Assembly: GCA_003599255.1 (NCBI GenBank)
Contig: QZJF01000006.1
Location: 1,018-65,017 of the forward strand
DNA: 64,000 nucleotides
Direction of reading: 5' to 3'
DNA from: a candidate division WWE3 bacterium
Lineage (GTDB): Bacteria; Patescibacteriota; WWE3; UBA101185; UBA10185
How positions within the stretch are numbered: the first letter of the stretch is position 1; each line of letters begins with the position of its first letter. The translations under genes and the position numbers were made by a program. Under the pieces are notes generated by a model. That model was given only the letters and a program-made list of their open reading frames with translations. It was not told where the DNA came from and searched no databases. Shown one piece after another: positions 19,299 through 29,357 of this stretch.

Positions 19299-20972
19299 AT
19301 GCATAAAAAAGTTTTGATTGGCGTTGCCTGGCCGTATGTCAACGGCGAATTACATATAGGTCATTTAGCAGGGTATCTGCTTCCTGCGGATATTTGCGCA
19401 AGATATCACAGATCAATCGGGAATCAGGTTCTGATGGTGTCCGGTTCGGATTGTTTTGGGACGCCAATAACTCTGGAGGCTGACAAAAGAAAAATAACCC
19501 CTGACGAAGTTGTAAAGGATTACCACCAGAAAGATACTCATTTATTCCGTGAGATACTGGACCTATCTTACGATTTGTACACTCTCACTAATCATCCTAA
19601 TCACATAAAGGTAACCCAGGATTTTTTTATAAAGATGCTGGAAGGCGGATACCTCTTTATTGATAAGACTAAACAGTACTACTCCCCTACTCAAAATAGA
19701 TTTCTTCCGGACAGGTATGTGGTTGGAGAATGTCCTTTTTGTGGAACAGAGGATACAAGAAGCGATCAATGTGATAGCTGCGGAAAATTAATATCTCATG
19801 GAGAGTTGTTGCACCCAAGAAGTAATTTAACAGGGGAAGATGTGGAGTTTAAAGATACCGAGCATTATTTTGTTGATTGGCCAAAACTGCAGCCTCGAAT
19901 AGAGAAATATGTTGAAACTGCGGGAAGAAACTGGAAAGATTGGGTAAATAACGAGACTTTGGGATGGCTTAAAGAAGGACTGAAACCCAGAGCAATCACC
20001 AGAGATTTGGATTGGGGAGTTCCGATACCGGTAGACAGGATCCCTCAGGACTTACTCATTGAAAATGCTAATTCCAAAAGAATTTACGTATGGTTTGATG
20101 CTGTTATAGGATATTTCTCTGCCTCACTTCTTTGGGCTACTATTAATGAAGGAAAGTGGGAAGATTTTTGGTTTGGTGAAAACCTTAAGCATTACTACTT
20201 CATGGGTAAAGATAACCTCGTTTTTCACACGTTATTCTGGCCCGGTCAGCTTATGGTTTATAACTCCGAGTTGCATTTACCGGATGTTGTAAGTATTAAC
20301 ATGTTCCTTAACCTGGATGGAAAACAATTTTCCAAGAGCCGTGGCGTAGTTTTAAAAATCGAAGACATTGTTGAAAAATATGGAAATGATTTAGTCAGAT
20401 TTTACCTTACTTTGATTATGCCTGAAACCAGGGACTCAAGTTTTGTATGGTCTGATCTTTATGAAAAGGTCAATGGTGTATTAGTTGCAAATCTTGGAAA
20501 CTTTATTCACAGAACTTTATCCTTGTACAAAGGACAGAAACTCGCCAAAACAAATGAGATTAATGAGGTAACTACTTCCGCGATACGTAACGCATTTAGA
20601 AAATCACGAGATTTTCTTGAATCCTGTCAGTATAGAAACTATCTGGACTCGGTACTTGAGCTGACTGCGTACGGAAACTTACTAGTAGATAAACACAAAG
20701 TATGGGAGCTGAAGAAAACGAATACCGAAGAGTTTGAAGAAGTTATGACACAACTACTTGGTGTTGTGGTTGCTATTGGTTATCTGATAAACCCTTTATT
20801 GCCTGAAGGATCTTCTCGCTTGAGTAATTACACGGGACTGAGGGGTTTTGACAAATGGCCGGAAGACGGTAAGGAAATTGAAACCATTAACCCCCTGATA
20901 AAAGAAATCATTGTTTCGGACGGATTAAAGCCTTTGTTTACCAAGCTTGATAAAACTCAGGATACCTTTTAA
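19299..20972 (+). CDS. metG: Methionyl-tRNA synthetase (short form without a C-terminal tRNA-binding extension)
   Basis: It has the class I HIGH motif (NGELHIGHLAG) and the KFSKS variant of KMSKS. The zinc knuckle is CPFCG...CDSCG. Confidence 0.9.
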   Translation: MHKKVLIGVAWPYVNGELHIGHLAGYLLPADICARYHRSIGNQVLMVSGSDCFGTPITLEADKRKITPDEVVKDYHQKDTHLFREILDLSYDLYTLTNHPNHIKVTQDFFIKMLEGGYLFIDKTKQYYSPTQNRFLPDRYVVGECPFCGTEDTRSDQCDSCGKLISHGELLHPRSNLTGEDVEFKDTEHYFVDWPKLQPRIEKYVETAGRNWKDWVNNETLGWLKEGLKPRAITRDLDWGVPIPVDRIPQDLLIENANSKRIYVWFDAVIGYFSASLLWATINEGKWEDFWFGENLKHYYFMGKDNLVFHTLFWPGQLMVYNSELHLPDVVSINMFLNLDGKQFSKSRGVVLKIEDIVEKYGNDLVRFYLTLIMPETRDSSFVWSDLYEKVNGVLVANLGNFIHRTLSLYKGQKLAKTNEINEVTTSAIRNAFRKSRDFLESCQYRNYLDSVLELTAYGNLLVDKHKVWELKKTNTEEFEEVMTQLLGVVVAIGYLINPLLPEGSSRLSNYTGLRGFDKWPEDGKEIETINPLIKEIIVSDGLKPLFTKLDKTQDTF

Positions 20973-21407
20973 TCCCTTATTGTGATCATTAGGTGTTAAT
21001 GCATAGAATCCAAAAATAATTATTGGTGAAAATAATAGTAGTCCCAAAGAATAATTTACAAAAGCAAATAAACTTACCGCAAAAGTTCCGTATATTATTA
21101 TACCGAACTTAAGAATGTAGTCGGAAATCTTTACATTATGTACGATAATAAATTCTTCTATCAAGTAAGATACTCCAACAACACTCTGGGCGAGAAGAAT
21201 CGCAATAAGATTTTTATTTATCAAGAAAATATTCAGCGAATCAATGATTAATAATGTCAACCATGTGGATCCAACCGCAAAGCAAACCGGGCATACCCGT
21301 CGACCAATTAATTTTGCAATCCAGAAGGCGGACTTGTAGTAAAAAGTGAAGTATACAAGTTGTAGGGCTAAGGTCAGTGATATTTGATTAATTATCGGGA
21401 TGTTCAT
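20925..21407 (-). CDS. Hypothetical 4-5 TM membrane protein with a CPVC motif
   Basis: 160 aa and hydrophobic, with RRVCPVCFAVG. Its 3' end overlaps the metG 3' end (the genes are convergent). Confidence 0.4.
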   Translation of the reverse strand: MNIPIINQISLTLALQLVYFTFYYKSAFWIAKLIGRRVCPVCFAVGSTWLTLLIIDSLNIFLINKNLIAILLAQSVVGVSYLIEEFIIVHNVKISDYILKFGIIIYGTFAVSLFAFVNYSLGLLLFSPIIIFGFYALTPNDHNKGLKGILSFIKLGKQRL

Positions 21408-21412
21408 AGAAA

Positions 21413-21598
21413 CTACTTTTTATCTTTAAAGAATTTATAGATCATTATTGCAAATATTGAAAAGCTTGCAAGAAGAATTAAATATTCCAGATAATAATTA
21501 ATTTCATTGCCTGTTGTAATATCATCCAAAGCGGCGTAATCCAGCAATAAAAGTAAAACAATTAAAACGAAAGAAAGGATTTTTTTTAAAATCATCAT
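21413..21598 (-). CDS. Small 2-TM membrane protein
   Basis: 61 aa with two hydrophobic helices and a basic tail, abutting the following gene. Confidence 0.3.
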   Translation of the reverse strand: MMILKKILSFVLIVLLLLLDYAALDDITTGNEINYYLEYLILLASFSIFAIMIYKFFKDKK

Positions 21599-22773
21599 AA
21601 GTTTGGTGTAATTTTGAATATTTTATCATCCCCGGTGCGTATGTTTCCACGTCCATCCGTATTACTTGTTGAAAAGTAAATTTCACCGCTTGGGGATTCG
21701 ACCACATCTCGAATTCGTCCAAGATCTACTTCGGGTAACTTTTGAAATCCCGCTACTTTATCAAGAGTTTTGCCCTCAAGTATTATTCTGTATAATCCCT
21801 CGCCCCTAAGAGCTCCGAAGAATAAGTTATATTTGAATTGTGGGAATAATTTGCCGGAATATGCCATAGCTGAAGCAGGGGCTACCGCCGGAGTAAATAC
21901 CTGAGCGGGACTTACCATACCCTCTTTGGTTTTTTCGTGTGATACTAATGGCCATCCGTAATTACCCCCTTCATATATGATATTTATTTCGTCACCTCCT
22001 GCCGGACCGTCAAACACCGAAGGTCCGTGTTCTGTTGAATACATTGTTCCTGTCTCCGGGTTCCACGCTATTCCCTGAGGATTTCTATGACCGTATGAGT
22101 AAACAGGCGAACCATCAAAAGGATTATCTTCAGGTATTGATCCATCCGGATTTAATCGCAGTATTTTGCCTGCCAGAGAATTAATGTCCTGAGCCAGATT
22201 TCTCTGGGTTGCATCGCCGGTTGTTATGTACAATTTTCCTTCCGGTCCGAATTTGAGTCTTGAGCCCGCATGGTTTGACGCGGCAGGGATATTTTCCAGG
22301 ATTACTTTATCTACAGTTAACTCCGAATCCCCGTCTATTAGGCGCACTATCCTGACTTTTAAATTACCATTATCGGAATACGCATATGATGTATAAAGAT
22401 ATTTGCTGTTCGGATAGTCGGGATCTTTTTCCAGTCCCATCAGACCCGCTTCTGAAATGGCATTTACGTCACTCAAAATTAAAAGAGATTTTTCGGATAA
22501 TTTTCCTTTTTTAAATTCTCTTATCGACCCTGTTCGTTCAGTAAATAAAAAACGATCGTCGGATGTGAATACTATGCCCCAAGGAACCGATAAGCCCTCC
22601 GCAACTAATTCAATTTTGTAAGGTACATCATTCTCATTTTCCGAAACAATACTTGAATTGTTGAACGATGTTCGTACTTCTTTAAATAAAGCCAAGTAGT
22701 TGCTAAGCCATATGGCCCCAAAAATTCCAAACACAACAAGCGTAAAGATAAATGCATAAATTACCTTTTTCAT
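21595..22773 (-). CDS. PQQ-dependent sugar dehydrogenase (soluble glucose/sorbosone dehydrogenase family, beta-propeller), membrane-anchored
   Basis: Motifs are HAGSRLKFGPEGKLYITTGD and HGPSVFDGPAGGDEINIIYEGGNYGWP. It has an N-terminal TM. Confidence 0.8.
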   Translation of the reverse strand: MKKVIYAFIFTLVVFGIFGAIWLSNYLALFKEVRTSFNNSSIVSENENDVPYKIELVAEGLSVPWGIVFTSDDRFLFTERTGSIREFKKGKLSEKSLLILSDVNAISEAGLMGLEKDPDYPNSKYLYTSYAYSDNGNLKVRIVRLIDGDSELTVDKVILENIPAASNHAGSRLKFGPEGKLYITTGDATQRNLAQDINSLAGKILRLNPDGSIPEDNPFDGSPVYSYGHRNPQGIAWNPETGTMYSTEHGPSVFDGPAGGDEINIIYEGGNYGWPLVSHEKTKEGMVSPAQVFTPAVAPASAMAYSGKLFPQFKYNLFFGALRGEGLYRIILEGKTLDKVAGFQKLPEVDLGRIRDVVESPSGEIYFSTSNTDGRGNIRTGDDKIFKITPNL

Positions 22774-22875
22774 TGAATTAATAATAACATTTTTCTCAGC
22801 ATAGATAGTCGTATATATGTTATACTGACAAATATTTTTTGAGTTTGTTTTATTTAAGAAAGCGAGGTGAATTAA

Positions 22876-23400
22876 ATGGAAAATTCCGGTTCAAACAAGA
22901 ATATATTAATTTTTGTAGTGATAGCAGCAGTAGTGTTAGTAGGTGTGCTAATTTTTTCCAGTTCAAGCAGACAAAATAACGTTACAGAAACTGTAAACGT
23001 GGCTTCCATGACACAACCGATAATCGAGACTGATACTGAAGAGATGACGGTCGAAGAAGAAAACAGTGTCGATGCAGAGAATAAAATAATTATGGAGGCT
23101 CCTGAAGGCAGTGAGGTTATGAGCGATGCAAGAGTAATTGAGGTTGAAGGTGGTTCCTTTTACTACAAACCAAATGAGATTCGTGTCAAGGCAGGCGAAA
23201 AAGTGAAGGTAACATTAAACAGTGTGGACTTGATGCACGACTTTGTTATTGATGAGCTGAATGTCAGAACCCCAGTTATAAAGGAAGGCGAAACAGCTTC
23301 TGTTGAGTTTATTGTAGACGAGCCCGGCGAATACGAATTCTACTGTTCGGTTGGACAACATCGTGCAAACGGTATGTTTGGAAAGTTAATAGTAGAATAA
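22876..23400 (+). CDS. Membrane-anchored cupredoxin (type-1 copper, plastocyanin/azurin-like)
   Basis: The C-terminal ligand set is H (MHDFVID) … C-x4-H-x4-M (YCSVGQHRANGM). It has an N-terminal TM. Confidence 0.7.
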   Translation: MENSGSNKNILIFVVIAAVVLVGVLIFSSSSRQNNVTETVNVASMTQPIIETDTEEMTVEEENSVDAENKIIMEAPEGSEVMSDARVIEVEGGSFYYKPNEIRVKAGEKVKVTLNSVDLMHDFVIDELNVRTPVIKEGETASVEFIVDEPGEYEFYCSVGQHRANGMFGKLIVE

Positions 23401-23409
23401 ACGAACTAC

Positions 23410-23445
23410 GCACCTTCCCTTATGGGGAGGTGCTATTCAATTTCT
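23410..23445. terminator. Bidirectional stem-loop between convergent genes
   Basis: A 10-bp stem, GCACCTTCCC / GGGGAGGTGC (one G·U pair), with a TTAT loop and T-rich flanks. Confidence 0.55.
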
Positions 23446-24500
23446 TTTAAAAATTTATCAAAATAATCAACAGATCTGGTTAGGGCGGTAGTTAGGTTGG
23501 CAGCTAGATTATGGTCGTCTCCTTCATAAATATATAGTTCTGTTTCTTTTTCTATGTCATTCAATGCGTCATAAAGCCTTTGACTGAACAACACAGGTAC
23601 ATCGCCGTCTTCAGTACCATGATGTAGTTGGACCGGTCCGGAAATTTCACCTACAAACGAAATAGGTGAAATTGAGTTCCAAAATTCGGGATTACTCTCG
23701 AAATCACCATACTTATCTATTATCTCCTGTCTCGAGGGCCGCCTTATTGACTGTTCCCTGGGAGAGGGAGTCCAGGGACGACTCCTATGCCAATTATTTG
23801 CCATGTCTTCATAAGAGGCTACTACTCCTGCCCAAATCACACCTACTTTTACATCATCGGTAGTGACCATACTTCTTAAGGTAATACTTCCACCCATTGA
23901 GTGTCCCCACATGCCTATCTTGTTCGGATTTGCATCGGGGTACCTTTTAATCGAGGACACCGCGTTTAGCACATCAATTGTATACGCCGGAGAATAGTAT
24001 GCCCCGTCGGGATTACCTTCCGAGTTACCATGCCCCCGGTAATCAGATCTTAGAACTATGTAGCCGTTTCTTGAAAAAGCATCTGTGTATGCAACATACC
24101 TTTCAGTTGTTCTATATTGTGCCGGAGGAATATATCCGTGATTAAAAATAATGACAGGCCAACCGCCTTCAGGTTTGTCCCCTGCCGGAACAGTCAGTAA
24201 TGCAAAAATTTTTAACCCCTCCGATTTATATGAAACAATATATCTATTGTAATTTGATCCGGGAGTCAGGGTTTGTTCAATAACAATATCGCTACCGGGG
24301 TATTCCTGTTTTCTCATGTACTCAACTTGTAAAGGATGAAAGTCTACTTTCTCACCTGCCGGAGGTTCATCAGTAGAGTCGGTAAGGATTTCATTAAGTC
24401 TTTCTGTAGGTGAACTTGAAATTGTGTCGGAGATATATAGATGGTACAGTCCGTAGCCCAAGAGACACACAAATCCCAGTAGAAGTATCCTCTTGAACAT
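23433..24500 (-). CDS. Alpha/beta hydrolase, S9 prolyl-oligopeptidase / dienelactone hydrolase-like family, secreted or anchored
   Basis: 355 aa. It has the nucleophile elbow GHSMGG and C-terminal Asp/His (DGDVP, DDHN), plus an N-terminal hydrophobic anchor. Confidence 0.75.
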   Translation of the reverse strand: MFKRILLLGFVCLLGYGLYHLYISDTISSSPTERLNEILTDSTDEPPAGEKVDFHPLQVEYMRKQEYPGSDIVIEQTLTPGSNYNRYIVSYKSEGLKIFALLTVPAGDKPEGGWPVIIFNHGYIPPAQYRTTERYVAYTDAFSRNGYIVLRSDYRGHGNSEGNPDGAYYSPAYTIDVLNAVSSIKRYPDANPNKIGMWGHSMGGSITLRSMVTTDDVKVGVIWAGVVASYEDMANNWHRSRPWTPSPREQSIRRPSRQEIIDKYGDFESNPEFWNSISPISFVGEISGPVQLHHGTEDGDVPVLFSQRLYDALNDIEKETELYIYEGDDHNLAANLTTALTRSVDYFDKFLKEIE

Positions 24501-24504
24501 CTGT

Positions 24505-25716
24505 TTATTTTACTTTATTCAGTGCTTCCTGCGCAACTTCGAGGCTTTTGTTGTAATAGACAGCTTTTTCGTATTCTTCTTTTGCTTTTTCCATATTGCC
24601 CTGTTTGTAATATATATCCCCTCTTATAAGGTAAAGCTCTGAAAAAGCTCTGTTGTGATTGGTTAGCACTGAGTCTGTAATTTGAAATACCTTATCGTAT
24701 TGACCAAGTTCGTAATATGCCAAAATCGGCTCTATCTGATACCAGAGAGTTCTAAACGATAACTTTGTTGCGACCTTCTCATATTCGTTAACCGTCTTTT
24801 GATATTCACCCAGATTGTAATATGCAACCGCCAAGTTAAAACGCGCATAAACGTCATCAGGATCTTCTTTTAGGACGGATTCCGAAAGTTTAACTGCGTT
24901 CTGCCAGGCAGTTCGCTCATCGTAATCTTCCCCCAAGATCTCTTTTGCCAGTTCCATTTTATCCATGGGCACAAGTACAAGATATTCGTAATTGAATTTT
25001 TTCCATATAATGTCAAACTCTTCCATTGAAAATATTATATTTTTTCCCTGAAGTGAATCATCCTGAACTATGGTTTCAGCATTTATGTCATACCCTTTAA
25101 TGACTCTGTAGTGTCCGATATCTTCATTTTCTTTAAGCCATGTTCGCGTAATTACCGGGATCTCTGCAGCAATAAACCTCCTAATAAGCATAAGGGTTCC
25201 GTTTGGCCGGTGTAACGGAACCAATCCATACTCCTTTGCTTTTTTTCCTAACTCAGGCAATGTTACGGACTTGTCGTCATTGTCCCCTCTGGGATTTTGA
25301 TACGGTCGTAGTGATTGGCCCAAGGTTTTTTGATCTACGTTTATACCGTAATACGAAAGTGCCATTGATAATGAAGCCGGCCCACAGTTATTAAATGTTT
25401 GAAATATGTGATAATCGTTAACTAAAGTTTTGCTTCCAGGTAAGTTGGTCAGGTCAAGATTTATGGGCTCATTATTATCCTGTGTGTCGTTTTTTGTAGT
25501 TTTATTGAGTTTTTCGAAAACATCGGAGGTTTTGCTTTCAATATGTTGTATTTCTGAATTAATTAGCTGTTTATCAGGGAAAAATTTGTTTAGAAGTTCA
25601 CCCTTAAAATAAAAGGCCGTCAGTCCCAGTAAAAGTATTATTAGAAGAATAAACCTTTTCATAAGATTAATTTTATCATCATTGGTATTTTGCTGTTGCG
25701 AAAAAAGAAAAGGCAA
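24505..25716 (-). CDS. Membrane-anchored C39-like (papain-fold) peptidase domain fused to TPR repeats
   Basis: It has the Cys motif NCGPASLSMALSYYG and the His motif IGHYRVIKGYD. C-terminal TPR-like repeats are present (LAVAYYNLGEYQKTV, LYLIRGDIYYKQGNMEKA). Confidence 0.65.
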   Translation of the reverse strand: MPFLFSQQQNTNDDKINLMKRFILLIILLLGLTAFYFKGELLNKFFPDKQLINSEIQHIESKTSDVFEKLNKTTKNDTQDNNEPINLDLTNLPGSKTLVNDYHIFQTFNNCGPASLSMALSYYGINVDQKTLGQSLRPYQNPRGDNDDKSVTLPELGKKAKEYGLVPLHRPNGTLMLIRRFIAAEIPVITRTWLKENEDIGHYRVIKGYDINAETIVQDDSLQGKNIIFSMEEFDIIWKKFNYEYLVLVPMDKMELAKEILGEDYDERTAWQNAVKLSESVLKEDPDDVYARFNLAVAYYNLGEYQKTVNEYEKVATKLSFRTLWYQIEPILAYYELGQYDKVFQITDSVLTNHNRAFSELYLIRGDIYYKQGNMEKAKEEYEKAVYYNKSLEVAQEALNKVK

Positions 25717-25743
25717 AGTCTTTTCAGCTTTGCCTTTAAAATA

Positions 25744-26865
25744 CTACTCATCCTTTTTTTCATCGTCTCCTTCCATGAAAAAAGGAAGCTCTATTATTGA
25801 CCCGAATGTGCGTATATGTGGAGTAACATCAATCTGTTGATTCTGTTCTGGCTTCAGTGGTTTTTTCCGCCGTGTGCCAATCATCCGCATTCGTAGCTGC
25901 GTTGGTTTTTTAAATTCGACACTAGTGGGAATCCCCGACAAATTTCCGTTCTCCGCGCCAAACATCAGATCCATTTCTGTAACCGGTGTTGCCAACAAGT
26001 AATCTCTGTCGCCTCTGCAAACACTGATGTAGTCACACCAGGTACATTGTTTTCCGATACGTTTGGGGAATGATTGATTGTCCAGATTACCAACTATATG
26101 CGCGATACTGTTTTTCAAGGTGATGTAATCTCTCGGTGTTCTGTAGGTAAACATCAATTTGCCGTATCGCAAATAGTAGAAGACAAACCCCAATGGTAGC
26201 ATTCCGTTGTTATGCTCCTGAAACAGATATGTATATGCCGTTGCCTGCAAATCTTCATGTAACGGAAATTGATACTCCGCCATTTTGATTAATTCAGCAG
26301 TTGCATTAAATCTGCGCAAGTCATAATCATGTGTGCTTGTTTTCAGATCCATGATTATTTGAGGCAAATACCCTGGCAAAAGATTTCCATTGGAATCTAT
26401 AAGGTCAGGTCGCCAATGTCCAATTCTATCGTTTGGAACTTCCCTTACCTGATCAAAGATGCCCAATAGTTCAACTTGCCCTATTCTTGCCCTGCGTCTT
26501 TTCTCTATAAGCAAAGGTGCAGGCTTACCAAACATTTGGTCCCAGTATTTCTGAATACAACCTTTACCAATGTTGTAAAACTGCCAATCCTGAGCTTTTG
26601 TTCTGGAAAGCATAATTTCAGAATTTTCTTCAAGTGCTTTCCACCAATCATATCCCCATGTCTTAATGGCAGTATCCAGGTTTTTGTAGTAAAAAGGATT
26701 CTTTGGATTTCCCTTTTTATGAAACCTGGCTATGAGGTTATGTACAACAGTACCACACAGACGCGCATAATCAGTCTTTCCGGATACATGCGCGATGTAT
26801 CTGAAGTAATATTGAGCGGGACACCTCAAATACGTCTCAATCCCCGACTTGCTTAAAGTCAGCAT
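25744..26865 (-). CDS. Cas4-like PD-(D/E)XK nuclease with a 4-Cys Fe-S cluster (RecB-family, DUF83-like). It is orphan, with no CRISPR array nearby.
   Basis: It has N-terminal LRCPAQYYFRY, motif II/III IIMDLKTS, QATAYTY (QxxxY) and the C-terminal cluster CTWCDYISVC (Cx2Cx5C). Confidence 0.7.
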   Translation of the reverse strand: MLTLSKSGIETYLRCPAQYYFRYIAHVSGKTDYARLCGTVVHNLIARFHKKGNPKNPFYYKNLDTAIKTWGYDWWKALEENSEIMLSRTKAQDWQFYNIGKGCIQKYWDQMFGKPAPLLIEKRRRARIGQVELLGIFDQVREVPNDRIGHWRPDLIDSNGNLLPGYLPQIIMDLKTSTHDYDLRRFNATAELIKMAEYQFPLHEDLQATAYTYLFQEHNNGMLPLGFVFYYLRYGKLMFTYRTPRDYITLKNSIAHIVGNLDNQSFPKRIGKQCTWCDYISVCRGDRDYLLATPVTEMDLMFGAENGNLSGIPTSVEFKKPTQLRMRMIGTRRKKPLKPEQNQQIDVTPHIRTFGSIIELPFFMEGDDEKKDE

Positions 26866-26906
26866 AAGTTACTCCTTTTCAAAGTTCTTGGTAGCTGGAT
26901 TATAAA

Positions 26907-27929
26907 CTATTTGGGTAGCGGTAATAAAACCTTAAAAGTAGTGCCCCCATCCAACTTGCTTTTTACGGTAATACTTCCCTTGTGTTTCTTTACAATTTCT
27001 TGGGATATCGATAGTCCCAGACCATATCCTTCAGATACCGTTTTATTTCTAGATCTTTCAACCTGATAGAAAGGTTCAAAAATATGCGGAATGTCTTTTT
27101 CCGGGATACCTTTTCCATAATCAATAATAACTATTTCAGCATTGTTGCCGACTTCTTTTATTTTTATATCAACCGTTTTATCTTTTTTATTAAATTTAAT
27201 TGCATTTTCAATTAGATTCGTGAAGAGTTCATCCAGAGCGGTCTCGTCGGCATTAACTTTTATATTCTCGCCGGAAATTATTATTTTCTGGTCGTACTTC
27301 TTTGCAATCTTATTTAATTTATTTGATACTTTTGTTATTAAATTAATAAGGTTAATTTCCGCGATTTCAAAATGATTTCCGCTTTGGTATCTGCTCTTTT
27401 TGAGTAATTTGGCTACAAACTCATTTAATCTGTCGATTTCCTCAATAGTGCTTTTCATCGCGAGTATAGCATCTTCATGAGTAAGTTTTTTTTGTCTTGC
27501 CGTAACCTCAAGTTCTGTTTTTATTGCCGCCAGCGGTGTCTTTAGCTCATGCGCAGCGTCTGATATAAATCTTTTTTGTTGATCAGTCATATCCTCAATG
27601 GGTTTTAGCGTTTTTCCTGCAATGTAATATCCTGCGGCTCCTGCGCTAAACAATATTGCCAAATTAATGAATACTAAAATGTCCAGTGTCTTTTCACGGA
27701 TTTCCAATAGTGTCTCGCTGTCGTATAATTGCGCCATTCCTGGTCTTGTCATCTGATTGTACATGTTGAAGTCCCTTAACCGTCTTTCCAGTCGTATTTT
27801 TTGGGAGTCTAATGCGCGTTCGGTTATTGAAACAACACCTCTGTATACAACAATACTGAAACTCATAGTTACGATCATTATTATGGAAAGATAAAGAGCG
27901 GTTAATTTTATTTTTGCCGATCTGAACAT
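26907..27929 (-). CDS. Sensor histidine kinase: 2 TM, HAMP, HisKA and HATPase_c
   Basis: It has the H-box DAAHELKTPLAAIKT, the N-box LFTNLIENAIKFN, the G1 box DYGKGI and the G2 box GLGLSISQ. Confidence 0.85.
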   Translation of the reverse strand: MFRSAKIKLTALYLSIIMIVTMSFSIVVYRGVVSITERALDSQKIRLERRLRDFNMYNQMTRPGMAQLYDSETLLEIREKTLDILVFINLAILFSAGAAGYYIAGKTLKPIEDMTDQQKRFISDAAHELKTPLAAIKTELEVTARQKKLTHEDAILAMKSTIEEIDRLNEFVAKLLKKSRYQSGNHFEIAEINLINLITKVSNKLNKIAKKYDQKIIISGENIKVNADETALDELFTNLIENAIKFNKKDKTVDIKIKEVGNNAEIVIIDYGKGIPEKDIPHIFEPFYQVERSRNKTVSEGYGLGLSISQEIVKKHKGSITVKSKLDGGTTFKVLLPLPK

Positions 27930-27931
27930 AG

Positions 27932-28609
27932 TTATTGATCCGAAATTGAATATCCGAATCCCCTTATGGTTTTAATTAATTTTACTGAACCTTTAAAATT
28001 TTTATCAATCTTGGTTCTTAGATATCCAATATATTGCTCAACTGTATTAGGTAAAATATCTGAGTCGTAATCCCAGACATGTGACATTATTTGTTCTTTT
28101 CCTAATGTTCTGTTTTTATTTCTTAATAAGTATTCCAGTAGAGCAAATTCCCGTTTTGACAAGTTAATTTCTTTTCCTCTTCTGCTGACTCTATATGAAA
28201 TATTATCCAGTTCTAAATCACCGCATGTAAGGACATTATCAAGTGCCTGTACGGGACGTCTCAGGAGAGCTTTAACTCTTGCCAGAAGCTCTTCAAATGC
28301 AAAAGGTTTTGTCAGGTAATCATCCGCTCCTGAATTCAGGCCGGTTATCTTGTCATCCAGTTCGTTTCTTGCCGTGAGCATCAACACCGGTGTTTTATTG
28401 CCATCTTTTCTTAACTTTGAGCATAACTCGATTCCATCCATACCCGGCATCATAACATCAAGTATAATGACGTCATATTCTTCAGTGGATGCTACATCAT
28501 AGCCCTCTATACCGTCATTTGCTATGTCTACCGAATATGACTCCTGCTCTAAACCACGTTTAATAGCACCAGCTATTTTGTATTCGTCTTCTACTACAAG
28601 TATTCTCAT
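27932..28609 (-). CDS. OmpR/PhoB-family response regulator
   Basis: It has a receiver (MRILVVEDE, DVIILDVMMPGMDG, LMLTAR) and a C-terminal winged helix (LTKPFAFEELLARV … RGFGY). Confidence 0.9.
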   Translation of the reverse strand: MRILVVEDEYKIAGAIKRGLEQESYSVDIANDGIEGYDVASTEEYDVIILDVMMPGMDGIELCSKLRKDGNKTPVLMLTARNELDDKITGLNSGADDYLTKPFAFEELLARVKALLRRPVQALDNVLTCGDLELDNISYRVSRRGKEINLSKREFALLEYLLRNKNRTLGKEQIMSHVWDYDSDILPNTVEQYIGYLRTKIDKNFKGSVKLIKTIRGFGYSISDQ

Positions 28610-28679
28610 CGTCCCTATTATAAGATTATTCCTGAGAATTTGCTGAAAACTTGCTACTTTTGCTTTTTGTCTTTATATT

Positions 28680-29357
28680 ATGTTTATTATGGATAAGCAG
28701 TCTCTGGCGATCATATTAATAGTTCCCGTCATAATCTTTGGTTTATTAACTTTAATGGATGACGGAGTTGCTCAGCCTTTAGATGAGGTTTCTTTTGAGG
28801 AGCCCGTTCAAACTGAAGAGACTACCCAGGATAATAAAATTATAGGAGAAAATAAAATGCCTGAAATGCAGATAGATATTAACAAATCATATATCGCCGA
28901 ATTGGAGACGTCAGCCGGAATTATTACTATACAACTTAGTGCAGACAAGACTCCGGTTACTGTAAATAATTTTGTTTCGTTGTCTAAACAGGGCTTTTAC
29001 GACGGAACAATATTTCATCGTGTAATAAAAGATTTCATGATACAAGGAGGAGATCCCAAAGGTGACGGTACGGGAGGTCCCGGGTACAAGTTCGACGACG
29101 AACCTTTTGTAGGCGAATATGTAAGAGGTACAATTGCAATGGCAAATTCGGGACCAAATACAAATGGAAGCCAATTCTTTATAATGCATAAGGACACTCC
29201 ATTACCAAAAAATTACGTTATTTTTGGAAGTGTAATTAACGGAATTGAAGTGGTAGATTCAATAGCAGAGGCAGCAGTAGGTCCCAACGCCTTTGGTCAG
29301 CCGGAAAAGCCAGTTGAACCGGTAAGGATTGTGTCTATTAAGATTACCGAAAAATAG
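28680..29357 (+). CDS. Cyclophilin-type peptidyl-prolyl cis-trans isomerase with an N-terminal membrane anchor
   Basis: Motifs are FHRVIKDFMIQGGDP, GTIAMANSGPNTNGSQFFI and YVIFGSVINGIEVV. Confidence 0.85.
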   Translation: MFIMDKQSLAIILIVPVIIFGLLTLMDDGVAQPLDEVSFEEPVQTEETTQDNKIIGENKMPEMQIDINKSYIAELETSAGIITIQLSADKTPVTVNNFVSLSKQGFYDGTIFHRVIKDFMIQGGDPKGDGTGGPGYKFDDEPFVGEYVRGTIAMANSGPNTNGSQFFIMHKDTPLPKNYVIFGSVINGIEVVDSIAEAAVGPNAFGQPEKPVEPVRIVSIKITEK

